Shown: positions 36,046-51,275 of the stretch, one piece after another
Layout: each line of letters opens with the position of its first letter
How positions within the stretch are numbered: the stretch's first letter is position 1
Origin: Eledone cirrhosa
Taxonomy: Eukaryota
Reading direction: 5' to 3'
Length of the DNA stretch: 64,000 bases
Assembly (NCBI GenBank): GCA_964016885.1
Contig: OZ024743.1
Coordinates: forward strand, 51,274,001-51,338,000
The notes under the pieces: model-generated
Databases searched by the model: none
Told to the model about the DNA's origin: nothing
Seen by the model: the letters and a program-made list of their open reading frames with translations, nothing else
Translations under genes and position numbers: made by a program

Positions 36046-36829
36046 TCCTATGAGCATTTTCTATTTTTTTTTTTTTCCTTCGTCATTTAACTCCATCTTC
36101 CACGCTAGCATGGGTTGGACGATTTTGTCCCACATGAGGCGCGATTGGTCGGGAGACTATTGCTCGTACAGAACTGTATCTGGCAGGTTTTCTACGGCTG
36201 GATGCCCTCCTTAACACCAACCATATATATAATGGCTAAGAGTAAAAAGCAAACTAATCAACCACTGAAAGGTTGTCTCCCCTGTTTTGCCTACAAAATG
36301 GAGATAACTCTAGAAATTGTCTAAAAGCTGCTACTCAGAAAATTATCACACAATTTTGGACGTAAATATTTTTTTATTTCAGGAGTTTGCTTATCGTCGG
36401 TCTTTATGGAGGGGATACCACTACGAGTTAAATAAGCAACTCTACCCTCGGAGATCAGCCAGGTTAAGAAGGTGGCTATTGAAACCCAACAGGACAAAGA
36501 CAAAAATCTGTCCTAAGAACGAATAACCACCTGTTGCTAGAGTTAACTATCAAAAGAGTTCTCTCTCTCTCTCTCACACACTCAAGAAGTGAACGAGCGT
36601 GTTATAAGACTGGTCAGAGAGTGATGAACCTCAGTTCTTCTCACTCAATATCTAGTTCTATTACCTACTATGGTTTGGTTGTTTCTTCCAGTTAGACAAT
36701 CCTGGTATCTAGAATATGTGATTTGATAGGACCAGACCCCTATTGTAAAATCTCACCAGAAACCTATGAACAGACTTCAAAATTGTAGTGTCATTGATAA
36801 GGGATAACTTAATAGAATTTGAAATGTTT

Positions 36830-36865
<36 letters not shown>

Positions 36866-36984
36866 TGAACTACATATCCACGATTTGAACCCAGATCAAC
36901 ATTTGCATTTCTATAAAGGAAAATTTAAGTTGTATGTTGCAATTTTCATCACAATGTTCACTACAAATAGGTCCTGTGCCCCAA

Positions 36985-37031
<47 letters not shown>

Positions 37032-38789
37032 TTGACAATAAACTTGACAAAACTGACACGACCTGAGAAGTAGGTTAACCCTGCAAGATGTAAGCTGAAA
37101 CGGTTACAATTAGGAAAACATGGAGATGGACATTCTGAATCGAATGACAGCCATAAATAATCACAGTGTCCCTGGTAGAAATATTGGATTACAGGACTTA
37201 TCAAACAACTCAGTTAAGAATTAACAAAATAATAGAAATTAAAATGGATGAGAAAATCGAATTGTTAACCAAAAGTTAACTGAAATATACAAGCCACTGA
37301 GGGTGCCTATGTGTACTCAATGAGCTATAAATAACAGCCTAATCTCCCCATACATTCTTTTCCAACAGCAGGTTGTGGTATGTCTGAGAGAGACTGTGGT
37401 CATAGATGGAATAGTTTTGATCATAGGTCTGGTCAAACAACGACTAGAAGGCACAAGTAAAGCTATATTTGAACTGAAACTCAACCAGTTTCCTTGGCCG
37501 ATAATATTTGTCAATCAAAGTATTTAAACTTGCAAGGCACAGAGCCAGATCAGGCACTATACATTTTTCTGTCTCAACAATCCACCACCAAAGGACTAAT
37601 ACTTTATTTACTTACTCCAAAAGTATGAAAGGTAAGTTGATCTCAATGGGATTTGAACTCAGAACTGAGCTGGAAATGATAGTGAGGTATTTCACGACAC
37701 TAATCAGACTGCCAATTCAACATTGGAAGTTGTGCAGTTTCATTAAATATTACACACACACATTGAAGAGAACACAAGATGGTGTTTAATAGGGAGACAT
37801 AAATGACATACTGTACAGTGAAGCAAACAATGTCAGCCTAATAAAATGGACATTAAAATAATGTTAGAATTATTTATAATTTCAATAACTGCTTGAATAT
37901 CTTAAAATGAACAAAATATCCAGCATAACCACTGCCATTCACCAGTTCAGTTAAAGTTATTATTTTACATCTGTTTTAACTTCCTTGCACCGGTAGGACA
38001 AAGCCCAGAGTTTATACCAGTTTCATAGGTGTCAAACCCGGCACTGGATGGGACACTGGTTCATCACAGGGCTAAACCCAAGCTGCTGTTGGTACTCATC
38101 ATTTCAGCTGGGTGACCTGGAGTAATGTGAAATGAAGAGCTTTGCTCAAGGGTATTGTAAAAATTCATGGCCAGTTAAGACTTACTTCACTCAAACTAGG
38201 GATGTAGGAGCTAAAATGATATAAAAAATGAAATAGGTTTTATATTTAAAAAAATATATTGTAGACCTAAAGAACAAAAATGTATATTTCAACAAAATGA
38301 TATAAGGGTGGAAGATCCCTTTGCTTCATATCTGCCATGGAAATTATGACAATCTTCAAAAGTAGTGCATGCTGTGGAAAATATAAATATACAGACACAG
38401 AAGACATACAGGTAAATAAACTCAAAATAGAGATATACTTGGAGGGAATTTGTAGGTAAAGATTGGCATTGGAAAATGGCTGACACACAAAAATCATAAA
38501 AATACTATTTTACCTTAACAAACCAAGAGGAATTATTCAGATGTATCCTTAAGAAGATTAACAAATTTCCTTGAGAAACTTAAAACTACTCCATTCCTGA
38601 AAACATCTTGACTACTGATGAAATATAATAAGGGAAGAGGAAGCAGTAGTTATTAGCAAGAGGCATAACAGGTGCTTATAGTTATGTGCAACTGAGCATG
38701 AATACAGGTAGTGATTAGGGGAATGACCTATAGATATAAGGCCCAGCTTTTATCTGACAAGACAAATGGACAGCAAAAAAAAAAAAAAA

Positions 38790-39170
38790 AATCTGTGAGC
38801 AAGGATTTGGGCCCCTACTTCTGTATAACTGATGAACAGCAACATCAACTGTGAGGAAGGAATTGAGTACCCTATTCATGTATAACTGTTCAAGAACATC
38901 CCTCAATAAAACAATGAAAATCTATCAGACAGACAGAGTACATTGGAAACTAGAGATCTCCAACCTCTCTAGAAAAGACGGAAGATAAATTGTTGCATGG
39001 AACCAGCATTTCACATCCTGCATAAAGGTGGTCAACAGAGAGATTAACTTCAAATTGACGAAACAATTTCCTGATCACCAGAAATATAATCAAGGAAACA
39101 TGTTAAATAGCAACTAGTGTCCTCTCTTCAAAGACGATGTACAAAACAAGGGGAACCACAGACCTGGAAT
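38790..39170 (+). repeat. Dispersed repeat, copy of 31785-32200
   Basis: Direct sequence similarity over ~380 bp. Confidence 0.75.
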
Positions 39171-41494
39171 TCATGAGTCATGGATTCTTGGTCTCAAAAA
39201 TGTGATCATGTGTTTGACCTTGGTTCTGACGAGTGTTCTAGTTGTCTCCTTGTGAAATTTACGTGCAAGTGATTGAGCCTTCCACAGCTGAGTGGACGGG
39301 AGCAATGTGAAATTTGTCTTTCTGAGGATCAAAATCATAACCTTACAATCAGAAGCCAAACATCCTAACCACTAAGCCATGTGCGTTCACTAAAGTACTG
39401 ACAATCAGAGCCTTGCTTCTGTGAAACAGCATGACAGAAACAGCACCACTATCACTATGATGATTGAATATGAAACTGGTTCAGTAATTAATCTGTATGA
39501 ACAACCTGCACTAGATAATCTAATAACCATTGGTTACCACTATTTTATAAGGAACCATCAGGAAAATTATGTGGATCAAGTGACTGAGTCCAATATCATC
39601 CAAGTAACAATGATCTTCCAGTCAGTGTTAACATAAGTATATTAAGGTAAATTTAGCAACAATGGAATAATGTAGATTGTGATTCACAATTTTTAATACA
39701 AATATTGAGCATAAGAGTATGGCTTGTGGCCGGTTATAGGAAGGATTGCGAAGTACTTGAATTTGACCCAGAAAAATATTGCTGGCACTGCCTGTCCTCA
39801 GGACACTGCTTGACTCTGGTAAAAAGAGCTGGCACTGATCCCAGTAGAAAGGGCTTGCCCTGTCTGATCTTCGGACACTACCTATCCTCAGAATACTGCT
39901 AGTATTTTCTGACCCTAGAGAAAAAGGTTAGCGCCACCCGACCCCGATGACAAAAATCATTAGTCAGAGCAGGAAGAATTTCTCCCGATTAATTACCGTA
40001 ATCTAATTATTAATGCCTAAGCACAATCTCTGAAATTAATTCTTGATAGCAATCCACCAAAGACTACCTTGGGTTTATGACAAAAATTCTTGTTTTGAAG
40101 TGTTCATATTTAAATTAAAACTTCATAACTTTATCTAAGAAACTTAAGTTATACTTCGAACATCATTCTAAAATGAAAAAGAATTACATCTTTTACTAAA
40201 CCTCTCGGATTGATTATTTTCACCATTATATGAAACACAGAGGCAGTGTAAGATGCTGAACAAAACTTCATCTCTTTATTGCAGATGGTTAGTCCTCAAC
40301 ATTATAAAGTTTATAAGTTGGGTAGAACAACCCCCATGAACTAGTCCTGCTACAACACAAACCTTGATATACAGTATAGATGACGCCAACAACAAAGCAC
40401 TAAAGAAATGTGCTACATCATGACCTAATATTTCAAACTCCAGATTAACCAAACTAGAGTGGATCCACCCTAGTTCAAGACAGCTTCCCATAGACTACCA
40501 GTAACACTACCCTGGCTTCTAGTACAATTAAAATAGACATTTAAAAACGACATTTGAATAGTAAACAAGCAAATAAACCAGAATTTACATCAACTAATAG
40601 AAAACACTGACAATTTTATTTATTATTTTAGAGAAAACATTTTGGCATTTTTAGTTAAAATGTCAAAGCTATATAATCTTGATAACTGAAACTACAGATT
40701 ACCAAAGATGAATTATCTCAAAAAGAACTTTTTAGAGTAAAAAAAATGATATCTAAAGGGATGCAAAGACGTGTACACAAAAACACACTCACAAACGATG
40801 GGCTTCAACAATGTCAACAAAAGTCACACTGGTCAGCCTGAGGACATAGGTGCCATACAACAGGACTGAACCCCAAACCACATGCTTTAAAAGCAAAAAT
40901 CTAAACCCCACAGCCATAGAATATTTGATTTTAAATTATAAATACATTTAATCCAGTGATACACATTTTAGCTTGTATATTTCCCCTCTCTCAAGTTTCA
41001 AATGTCATTGATAAAATGAAAGTTTACAAAAACAAATGGCAAAGACGGTAAAAAGATGTGAATGTAAAAATCTTTGCATCTAATTCAATCAAATCAAATT
41101 TTAGACTCAACCATTCTTTGTTTTAAATGTGTGTTGTGTGCTCAAATCTCATTTGTTCTTAGGAATTGATTTAATTTTGAAACCAACGGTTTACAATCTG
41201 AAATTTAGATGGGGGTGGAGGGATATATTGTATTAGAATTTGTCTTCAAATAAAAAATATTTTAGATAGTTAAAAACTGGACTAGATTTTAGATTGTGAG
41301 GACTTGGACGAGATCAAAATGATGATTTACATATAAATATATTTGAGTCTATGAAAAGAGATTCTGTGAAAAAAAAGACAAAAAAAAAATCTGGAAATCA
41401 AACACCTTAACCACTAGGCCAAACACCTTCACTGTTTCCATACATGGTGCTGAAATCCTGTGAGATTACTGTATATTATTCTAAAGTCTGTCTT

Positions 41495-41752
41495 GAGCCA
41501 GGAGGCTCATCAAGCCAGTGCTTATCCCAGTTTTTGTAGAGTGAAGTGACAGAGTACAAGACTCCCCCCTGGACAGGATGCAAGTCCATCACAGGGTTAA
41601 ACCACCAGTTATTGCTGGTATTCATTTTCATCTGAGTATACTGGAGCAACATGAAATAAAGTGTTTTGCTCAAGAACACAACACAGTAATCAAACCCACA
41701 ACATTATGACCATAAGTCTAACACATTTACCACTAGGCCATGCACCTCCACT
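41495..41752 (-). mobile_element. Second SINE family; related fragments at ~37990-38152, 39280-39390 and 43630-43730
   Basis: Shared actggagcaa(c/t)gtgaaat...ttgctcaag core and taaccactaggcca tRNA-like head. Confidence 0.65.
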
Positions 41753-43913
41753 ATATACATTCTGATTTTACTAAATTGTTACCATATATGGTGTTGTCCA
41801 AGCCTTGTATTTGAATATATTCCCATATATGGTGTAACTGAAGTCCTCTGTCAGAATATATTGCTATTACCAAATATGGTGTTATGGTCCTGTGACAATA
41901 TATTGTTATTCTGGTTAGACTCGGTTTTGGAGAATATTCATGAAAATGTCTCCAAAGGATTATTTCAAGAAATCAACAATTATAAATGATAAAAAGAACT
42001 CCAGATATTTCTTGGAATGGAGAAAATAAAAGAGTGACGGTAAAATAGTTCTCTAATCTTAGATATCTAGTTTACTTTATGGCCAGTATGTTGGAGGGAA
42101 CAAAGAGTGGTGTGCATTTCTGGGAAAGAAGTATTTGATCAAGTATTTAGTATTAGAAAGGTAGGGCTGCATTGTTGAGGTGTATTAAATGGAATTAGAT
42201 GAATGCATGAAGTCAAATTAGTTGGCAAGTCCAGAAGTCATTAAACTAACAATGGGAGAACCAAAAAGAACACAGCCCAAATAAATAGAAAAGGACGAAG
42301 TTTTTTGTTTAATATAGTAGGTACGAAAATTCAACAATGTGTAACCCTGATAAAAAAAATCTGAAACATAAAAAATGAGTTGGAGAAAATTTACATAAGA
42401 ATTTTATAATATATCTGGTGAGTCTATAAGATCTGATTATTATTTGTTGATCAACTCTTAGACCATGCTGTATTCCTGAGAATAGGTAGATTGTCTCCTC
42501 ACATGTCATAAGAGCTAACTAAAAGGGTTGATATCAGGAAGGGCAACTGGCTCTAAAACATTGCCTCAAAGGCCCAGTGATGCAAGTGGAGCCTGTCATG
42601 GGACCTGCATGGCTAACTCCTATTTTAGCAAGGGAAATTACCTTACACACTTGGTGTGTATAAACTCTTAGCATGGGTGCTCAGATGTCAGTTGTTCATG
42701 GGCACCAGGTGAGAACTGAATAAATAGAGTCACAATCAAAAGGTACTCCAGCCTTGATTATCCTGTCTTTTTGTATATCAAGGATTATATTGCTGACTCT
42801 GCACCTTCAGAAGATGGTAGGGAGTGATTTGAGGGAGATTTGACCACTGTTCCTAACATATCAAACAACTGCATGGAGGCTCTCATTGGCTTGGCATCTG
42901 TACCTAAGAGAAGCAATTCAGTCAACTCAAAAACAATCATTTCTAATTTACGCAGAAGGTCAGAAAAGTAATAGAAAGAACAGTTAATTATGTCTATCTA
43001 GTATTTGGCTGGTATTATATTTATCAGCTCAGTTAATAGAGGCACCACTGACATGGTCTTTGTTCTTAGGCAGCTAAAAACCAGCACAAAGCAGAGCTGC
43101 ATCCTCACGCCAACGTACTTCAGTATTCCGTTCAATTAGATACCACACTAATGGCAGCTTGCATCATCTTCAATGAATCATATACCAATTTATTGATAAT
43201 AGTCAAATTATATTCTCAAGTATTTTATTCCTTCACAACAAGTTTCCTACTCACTTGGAAGCAATGGCAATATAACCAAAATGGTCATGGGGCTAAGCAA
43301 TGACTCAACAAACTGATTCTACCTGAAATATGTTGTCACAGGTAGATCCTTTCTTTACATTAGTAAATTTTGTTGCAAACCAAACCATATATGTGTTAAT
43401 ACTTCTAAACATATTCAACAAAGTAACAGACTGCAACTACCTACTTTACATGATCAATAGACCGAATTCTCGGAATACCATATTAGTAGATAACAAATGT
43501 GTAAGGCCGCCATGGGTTAGAAAGTTCCTCTCCAATGCACAGGCCTGGATAAGGTGTTTTGTAGAAGACCAGCAGTTACCTATACATGCCAAACTCCCCT
43601 CTGATGATGTTCAAAGGAAAAGTTGATACACTTTAGCTAAGTGGACTGGAGCAATGTGAAATATACTGCATTGCTCAAGGACATCATGGCATTATGATTG
43701 TAAGCCAAACATCCTAAGCACATGCCAAGGTTATGTAACAATATTAAAATAACAGGTCAAGAGACTGTGTTAGCATAATTAACATTTTAAGACACAATCA
43801 TCCAATATGATTAGTTCACCAGCCCTCAACAACAAAAGACCAGAGATTAAGATTGCTGGGGTTTCTTTCGTCAAATATTAATACTTAGAATAAAGAAGGT
43901 AAGTATACATACA

Positions 43914-43944
<31 letters not shown>

Positions 43945-43986
43945 CCCATGCTAGCATGGAAAATGGACGTTAAACGATGATGATGA

Positions 43987-44023
<37 letters not shown>

Positions 44024-44240
44024 GTGGGTTAAAAAAAGAAAAAATCTCCAAGCTGGAGGAAGAATTTAACTTAATTTTTCTGAAAGCTTAATCCTTTGGT
44101 TTTTGTTTTGAAGTACACAGGAGTAAAAGATTGAGTGCTCTAAAATGTGATTGTGTGTGTATGTGTGTATGTATATATATATATACATACATACATACAT
44201 ACAGATGTATTATATATATCACGTTTTACATATCTCTCTC

Positions 44241-44478
44241 TATGTATGTATGTATATGTATGTATATGTATGTATGTATGTATGTATGTATATGTATGTA
44301 TGTATGTATGTATGTGTATGTATGTATGTATATGTATGTATGTATGTATATGTATGTATGTATGTATATGTATGTATGTATGTATATGTATGTATGTATG
44401 TATGTATATGTATGTATGTATATGTATGTATGTATGTATATGTATGTATGTATATGTATGTATGTATATGTATGTATG

Positions 44479-44510
<32 letters not shown>

Positions 44511-44652
44511 TGTATGTATGTATGTATGTATGTATGTATGTATGTATGTATGTATGTATGTATGTATGTATATGTATGTATATGTATGTATGTATGTATA
44601 TGTATGTATGTATATGTATGTATGTATATGTATGTATGTATATGTATGTATG

Positions 44653-44684
<32 letters not shown>

Positions 44685-44910
44685 TATGTATGTATATGTA
44701 TGTATGTATGTATATGTATGTATGTATATGTATGTATGTATATGTATGTATGTATGTATGTATATGTATGTATATGTATGTATATGTATGTATATGTATG
44801 TATATGTATGTATATGTATGTATGTATATGTATGTATGTATGTATATGTATGTATGTATGTGTATGTATGTATGTATGTATGTATGTATGTATGTATGTA
44901 TATATGTATG

Positions 44911-44942
<32 letters not shown>

Positions 44943-45058
44943 TATGTATGTATGTATGTATATGTATGTATGTATATGTATGTATGTATGTATGTATATG
45001 TATATGTGTGCGTGTGCGTGTGCGTGTGCGTGTGCGCGTATATATATATATATATACA
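44241..45058. repeat. (TATG)n compound microsatellite
   Basis: ~800 bp of TATG/TATATG. Confidence 0.98.
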
Positions 45059-46161
45059 CATTTATATAAAAGCCAATACTGTATCGTGTTATAAAGTGTT
45101 CTGAGGTAGAGAAAAATGAAACAATTTTACCAAAGTCAGCTAGTTTCTTTCCCAGTGTCACCTTACCCACCACATGGACCACATGCAGCACACACACACA
45201 CACACACCCATACAGATGTGAAATGGACTTGTCAGTTTTAAGTGTTCCAGTGTTCAGACATGTAAGTGGCTGAGTATTCCAGAAGCATGTGTACCCTTAA
45301 TGTAAATCTCAGGAAGATTCAGCATGATAGTGTGTGACGAGGCTGAAACTATTGATGACAGGTATGGTTGACCTTGTATCATTGGCAAAGTGGTTGCATA
45401 TTCCACCGACATGTATACGCTTTATGTAATTCTCAAGGAGATTCAGTAAGTGTGTGACAAGTCTGATTATAGTAAACAAGCTTCCAAACAATTTCTGTCT
45501 ACCCTATTTCCCTCACAAGGCATGGGCAGATGTGATGCTATGTTATGACATTTGCCCAAAATGTCACAGTGAGATTGAACACAGGACCTAATACTTACAA
45601 AGCAAATTCCTTCACCATTTGCCTATGCTTTGTCCATACACACAAAGAAGCCATGTCACCCCAGTATGACACTGACCTGTGCTGTCTACTCTCAGAAGTA
45701 GTAGTTTAATAAGTCGCCTATGTTATAGGAAATGTGTGTGAGGGGGGGGGGGGGTAATGGTTGAAAGTGGTGGTGGCGGCGGTGGGAAGAATGAATGGTG
45801 GAGAAAGTTACTGGTAACATATTTAAGAATCTACACTTGTATATGTATGCACATGTATGTATGTGTGTGTATATATGCATGTGTATATGTGTAGATATGT
45901 GTTCACATGCATATATATGTATGTGTGTGTACTTGCACAATTAATACACTATACACACAAAGTGTTTAACCACAAACAAGGATATACAAAAATACACACA
46001 CATATCTGAGCTCATTGTGCATATATACATCCTATACATACACACATAAATTTGTTTATTTACACACCCTTATGATGCACATACACATATCCAAAATATA
46101 TAGGCATACACATATACATACGTATGGAATAATAACACGTCCCAGAAGTTATATATATATA

Positions 46162-46330
46162 TATTTATTAAAATAACAGATTAAAACAGTGAAAGCAGCG
46201 ATTCTTTGCTTAAACTTTAATCTGTTATTTTAATAAATATTTGCTCTAGGGTTCTTATATATTTGATATATATTTATCCTTATCGAGCCCTCTTTGGATT
46301 TTAGTCTTCACATTTATTATTATTACTATA
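46162..46330 (+). mobile_element. Short copy of the 16881-18530 element with 24 bp 5' inversion, in (TA)n
   Basis: 46189-46330 matches 18389-18530; 46162-46185 is the inverse of ~46215-46238. Confidence 0.75.
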
Positions 46331-46674
46331 TATATATATATATATATATTATAAACACATCAAAATATTACAAAGGCATATATAAACACACAGACACCTA
46401 TGGAATATATATACACATCCTCTAAAGTATAAACATACACAGCAGAGGCACTCTGAGGAATGGACTGACTAGGCTGTAGCCCCTCCCCCCTCCCTCCTGA
46501 TATTCAGAGGGCCCCAAATTATAGTTTTTGCTACCATAAATAATATGTAAGGGCACTACCGATGAAATTTCCAACCAAGGACACCATACATGTATGCTTA
46601 ATCTACCTCTGACATACACACACATTATGTTTATATATACACACACACTATATGTATGTCTCTCTCTCCCTCTA

Positions 46675-46710
<36 letters not shown>

Positions 46711-46723
46711 CCTAACATCCTAA

Positions 46724-47234
46724 TCACTTTCCATCCTTAGTTTGATCACATTTTTCAGGTTCCCTTTCACCGTCTCGTAACTGCCATGGGGTGTCCGACT
46801 CCAAGGAATGTAAAGATTGTTCTGATTTTGCCTCTGGTTCTTTATCCACCAACTGCTCTGCTATGTTTTGCTCTTCCAGTTGTTGCAGCTTCATTGGCTG
46901 CAAATCAGTCTCTGCAGTTTCAATTTCTGGCAAAAGCTGTATTTCCAACTGGGTCTGTTTTAATGGAACCATTTCAGAATCTTCCAGAGAAAGTTCACAT
47001 ATCTCCAGTGAGGTGGGCAAGTTGTGTGGGTTAGCTGTCTTAGCAGGTGGAGGTAAGAATGGCAGCTCATGAGCTGGAGGTGGAGAAGGGACAGATATCA
47101 CCAATGGCTGAAAGTGCACTGAATTCATATTTGTAGAGTCCTGATGTTCCTGCGGTGAATTAGTAGACAGCAATTGCAGTGGCTCTAGACATATAGATTC
47201 AGCAGCAGCTGCAGCAGCCTTCTCCTTACGTTTT
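46724..47234 (-). CDS. EMI-domain membrane protein, cytoplasmic-tail exon (probably last)
   Basis: Acceptor ttctccag| in phase 2 matching the previous exon; KKRKEK stop-transfer, then Pro/Glu/Gln-rich tail to TGA. Confidence 0.75.
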
Positions 47235-47292
47235 CTGGAGAAGAGAAAAAAAAACAGGTTAGCAGAAATTAATGAAATTTGTGTATAAATTA

Positions 47293-50200
47293 CACTAGTG
47301 TTTAGAAATGTGAGTATACAACAGTGTTTAGAAATGTGAGTATACAACAGTGTTTAAAAATGTGAGTATACAACAGTGTTGAGAAATGTGAGTATACAAC
47401 ACTTTAGAAATGTGAGTATACAACACTTTAGAAATGTGAGTATACAACAGTGTTTAGAAATGTGAGTATACAAGTGTTTAGAAATGTGAGTATACAAGTG
47501 TTTAGAAATGTGAGTATACAAGTGTTTAGAAATGTGAGTATACAAGTGTTTAGAAATGTGAGTATACAAGTGTTTAGAAATGTGAGTATACAAGTGTTTA
47601 GAAATGTGAGTATACAAGTGTTTAGAAATGTGAGTATACAAGTGTTTAGAAATGTGAGTATACAAGTGTTTAGAAATCTGAGTATACAACACTTTAGAAA
47701 TGCGAGTATACAACACTTTAGAAATGTGAGTATACAACACTAGAAGTGTGAGTATACAACACTTTAGAAATGTGAGTATACAACAGTGTTTAGAAATGTG
47801 AGTATACAACAGTGTTTAGAAATGTGAGTATACAACAGTGTTTAGAAATGCGAGTATACAACACTTTAGAAATGTGAGTATACAACAGTGTTTAGAAATG
47901 TGAGTATACAACAGTGTTTAGAAATGTGAGTATACAACACTTTAGAAATGTGAGTATACAACACTTTAGAAATGTGAGTATACAACAGTGTTTAGAAATG
48001 TGAGTATACAACACTTTAGAAATGTGAGTATACAACAGTGTTTAGAAATGTGAGTATACAACAGTGTTTAGAAATGCGAGTATACAACAGTGTTTAGAAA
48101 TGTGAGTATACAACAGTGTTTAGAAATGTGAGTATACAACACTTTAGAAATGTGAGTATACAATAGTGTTTAGAAATGTAAGTATACAACAGTGTTTAGA
48201 AATGTGAGTATACAACAGTGTTTAGAAATGTGAGTATACAACAGTGTTTAGAAATGCGAGTATACAACACTTTAGAAATGTGAGTATACAACAGTGTTTA
48301 GAAATGTGAGTATACAACAGTGTTTAGAAATGTGAGTATACAACAGTGTTTAGAAATGTGAGTATACAACAGTGTTTAGAAATGCGAGTATACAACAGTG
48401 TTTAGAAATGCGAGTATACAACAGTGTTTAGAAATGCGAGTATACAACAGTGTTTAGAAATGCGAGTATACAACAGTGTTTAGAAATGTGAGTATACAAC
48501 AGTGTTTAGAAATGTGAGTATACAACAGTGTTTAGAAATGCGAGTATACAACACTTTAGAAATGTGAGTATACAACAGTGTTTAGAAATGTGAGTATACA
48601 ACAGTGTTTAGAAATGTGAGTATACAACACTTTAGAAATGTGAGTATACAACACTTTAGAAATGTGAGTATACAACACTTTAGAAATGTGAGTATACAAC
48701 AGTGTTTAGAAATGTGAGTATACAACACTTTAGAAATGTGAGTATACAACAGTGTTTAGAAATGTGAGTATACAACAGTGTTGAGAAATGTGAGTATACA
48801 ACAGTGTTGAGAAATGTGAGTATACAACAGTGTTGAGAAATGTGAGTATACAACAGTGTTTAGAAATGTGAGTATACAACAGTTTAGAAATGTGAGTATA
48901 CAACAGTTTAGAAATGTGAGTATACAACAGTTTAGAAATGTGAGCATACAACAGTTTAGAAATGTGAGTATACAACACAGTGTTTAGAAGTGTGAGTATA
49001 CAACACTTTAGAACTGAGTATACAACAGTGTTTAGAAGCGTGAGTATACAACAGTGTTTAGAAGCGTGAGTATACAACAGTGTTTAGAAATGTGAGTATA
49101 CAACAGTGTTTAGAAATGTGAGTATACAACACTTTAGAAATGTGAGTATACAACAGTGTTGAGAAATGCGAGTATACAACAGTGTTTAGAAGCGTGAGTA
49201 TACAACAGTGTTTAGAAATGTGAGTATACAACAGTGTTTAGAAATGTGAGTATACAACACTTTAGAACTGAGTATACAACCGTGTTTAAAAATGTGAGTA
49301 TACAACAGTGTTTAAAAATGTGAGTATACAACAGTGTTTAGAAATGTGAGTATACAACAGTGTTTAGAAATGTGAGTATACAACAGTGTTTAGAAATGTG
49401 TATACAACAGTGTTTAGAAATGTGAGTATACAACAGTGTTTAGAAATGTGAGTATACAACAGTGTTTAGAAATGTGAGTATACAACAGTGTTTAGAAATG
49501 TGAGTATACAACAGTGTTTAGAAATGTGAGTATACAACAGTGTTTAGAAATGTGAGTATACAACAGTGTTTAGAAATGTGAGTATACAACAGTGTTTAGA
49601 AATGTGAGTATACAACAGTGTTTAGAAATGTGAGTATACAACAGTGTTTAGAAATGTGAGTATACAACAGTGTTTAGAAATGTGAGTATACAACAGTGTT
49701 TAGAAATGTGAGTATACAACAGTGTTTAGAAATGTGAGTATACAACAGTGTTTAGAAATGTGAGTATACAACACTTTAAAAATGTGAGTATACAACACTT
49801 TAAAAATGTGAGTATACAACACTTTAAAAATGTGAGTATACAACACTTTAAAAATGTGAGTATACAACACTTTAAAAATGTGAGTATACAACACTTTAAA
49901 AATGTGAGTATACAACACTTTAAAAATGTGAGTATACAACACTTTAAAAATGTGAGTATACAACACTTTAAAAATGTGAGTATACAACACTTTAAAAATG
50001 TGAGTATACAACACTTTAAAAATGTGAGTATACAACACTTTAAAAATGTGAGTATACAACACTTTAAAAATGTGAGTATACAACACTTTAAAAATGTGAG
50101 TATACAACACTTTAAAAATGTGAGTATACAACACTTTAGAAATGTGAGTATACAGCACTTTAGAAATGTGAGTATACAGCACTTTAGAAATGTGAGTATA

Positions 50201-50837
50201 CAACACTTTAGAAATGTGAGTATGCAACACTTTAGAAATGTGAGTATACAACACTTTAGAAATGTGAGTATACAACACTTTAGAAATGTGAGTATACAAC
50301 AGTGTTTAGAAATGTGAGTATACAACAGTGTTTAGAAATGTGAGTATACAACAGTGTTTAGAAATGTGAGTATACAACAGTGTTTAGAAATGTGAGTATA
50401 CAACAGTGTTTAGAAATGTGAGTATACAACAGTGTTTAGAAATGTGAGTATACAACACACTACTGTTTAGAAATGTGAGTATACAACACACTACTGTTTA
50501 GAAATGTGAGTATACAACACACTACTGTTTAGAAATGTGAGTATACAACACACTACTGTTTAGAAATGTGAGTATACAACACACTACTGTTTAGAAATGT
50601 GAGTATACAACACACTACTGTTTAGAAATGTGAGTATACAACACACTAGTGTTTAGAAATGTGAGTATACAACACACTAGTGTTTAGAAATGTGAGTATA
50701 CACCACATTAGAAATGTGAGTATACAACACTACAGTTTAGAAATGTGAGTATACACCACACTACAGTTTAGAAATGTGAGTATACACCACACTACAGTTT
50801 AGAAATGTGAGTATACACCACACTAGTGTTTAGAAAT
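47293..50837. repeat. Intronic minisatellite, 24-30 bp units, ~3.5 kb
   Basis: Core tttagaaatgtgagtatacaaca with homogenised blocks of 24, 26 and 30 bp variants. Confidence 0.98.
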
Positions 50838-51148
50838 CTGTAAAATCTGTCCAATAATTCTTTCCTTAGATATTCTAATCACATCTGTAGTATCGGAGCT
50901 GTGATCTCTTGATGGTTAAAGCTATCATATTCCGATATGTATATATATTCTCCCCCTGAGATCCATTTAACTAATAACTTGAATTTTAAATGCAGAATTA
51001 CATCCCAATTTATGTTAATGCCATAACAACCTGCCAACACAGGTCAGTGCAATGACAGACTGCAAAAATGCTTAAAATATCCAAGAGAAAAATACTCCCC
51101 CATTTCCCCTAAAAAAAAAAGAAAAAAAAAAAAAAGAAACCAACTTAC

Positions 51149-51275
51149 TTTTTCCAAACAGCTTTTACAATGAAGAACAAAATAATCATGATGAAGAAAC
51201 TTGCACTGCAAATGGCAGCTAAAGTTCCAATAGAAAGTTCATGAATTGATGGTAATGGCTTTGAGCTGATCAATT
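51149..51275 (-). CDS. EMI-domain membrane protein, transmembrane exon
   Basis: tttttcag| ... |gtaagt, phases 1 and 2; ELISSKPLPSIHELSIGTLAAICSASFFIMIILFFIVKAVWK. Confidence 0.8.

Noticed and set aside
40270-40580. Plus-strand terminal exon (acceptor at ~40283, AATAAA at ~40572)
   Set aside because: No open frame or linked exons; such signals are common by chance in AT-rich DNA.
44131-45203. Long ORFs (MYVC/HTYI repeats)
   Set aside because: Translations of a stop-free TATG microsatellite.
47293-50837. CRISPR-like array or repeat protein ORFs
   Set aside because: Contiguous units with no unique spacers, no cas genes, eukaryotic intron context.
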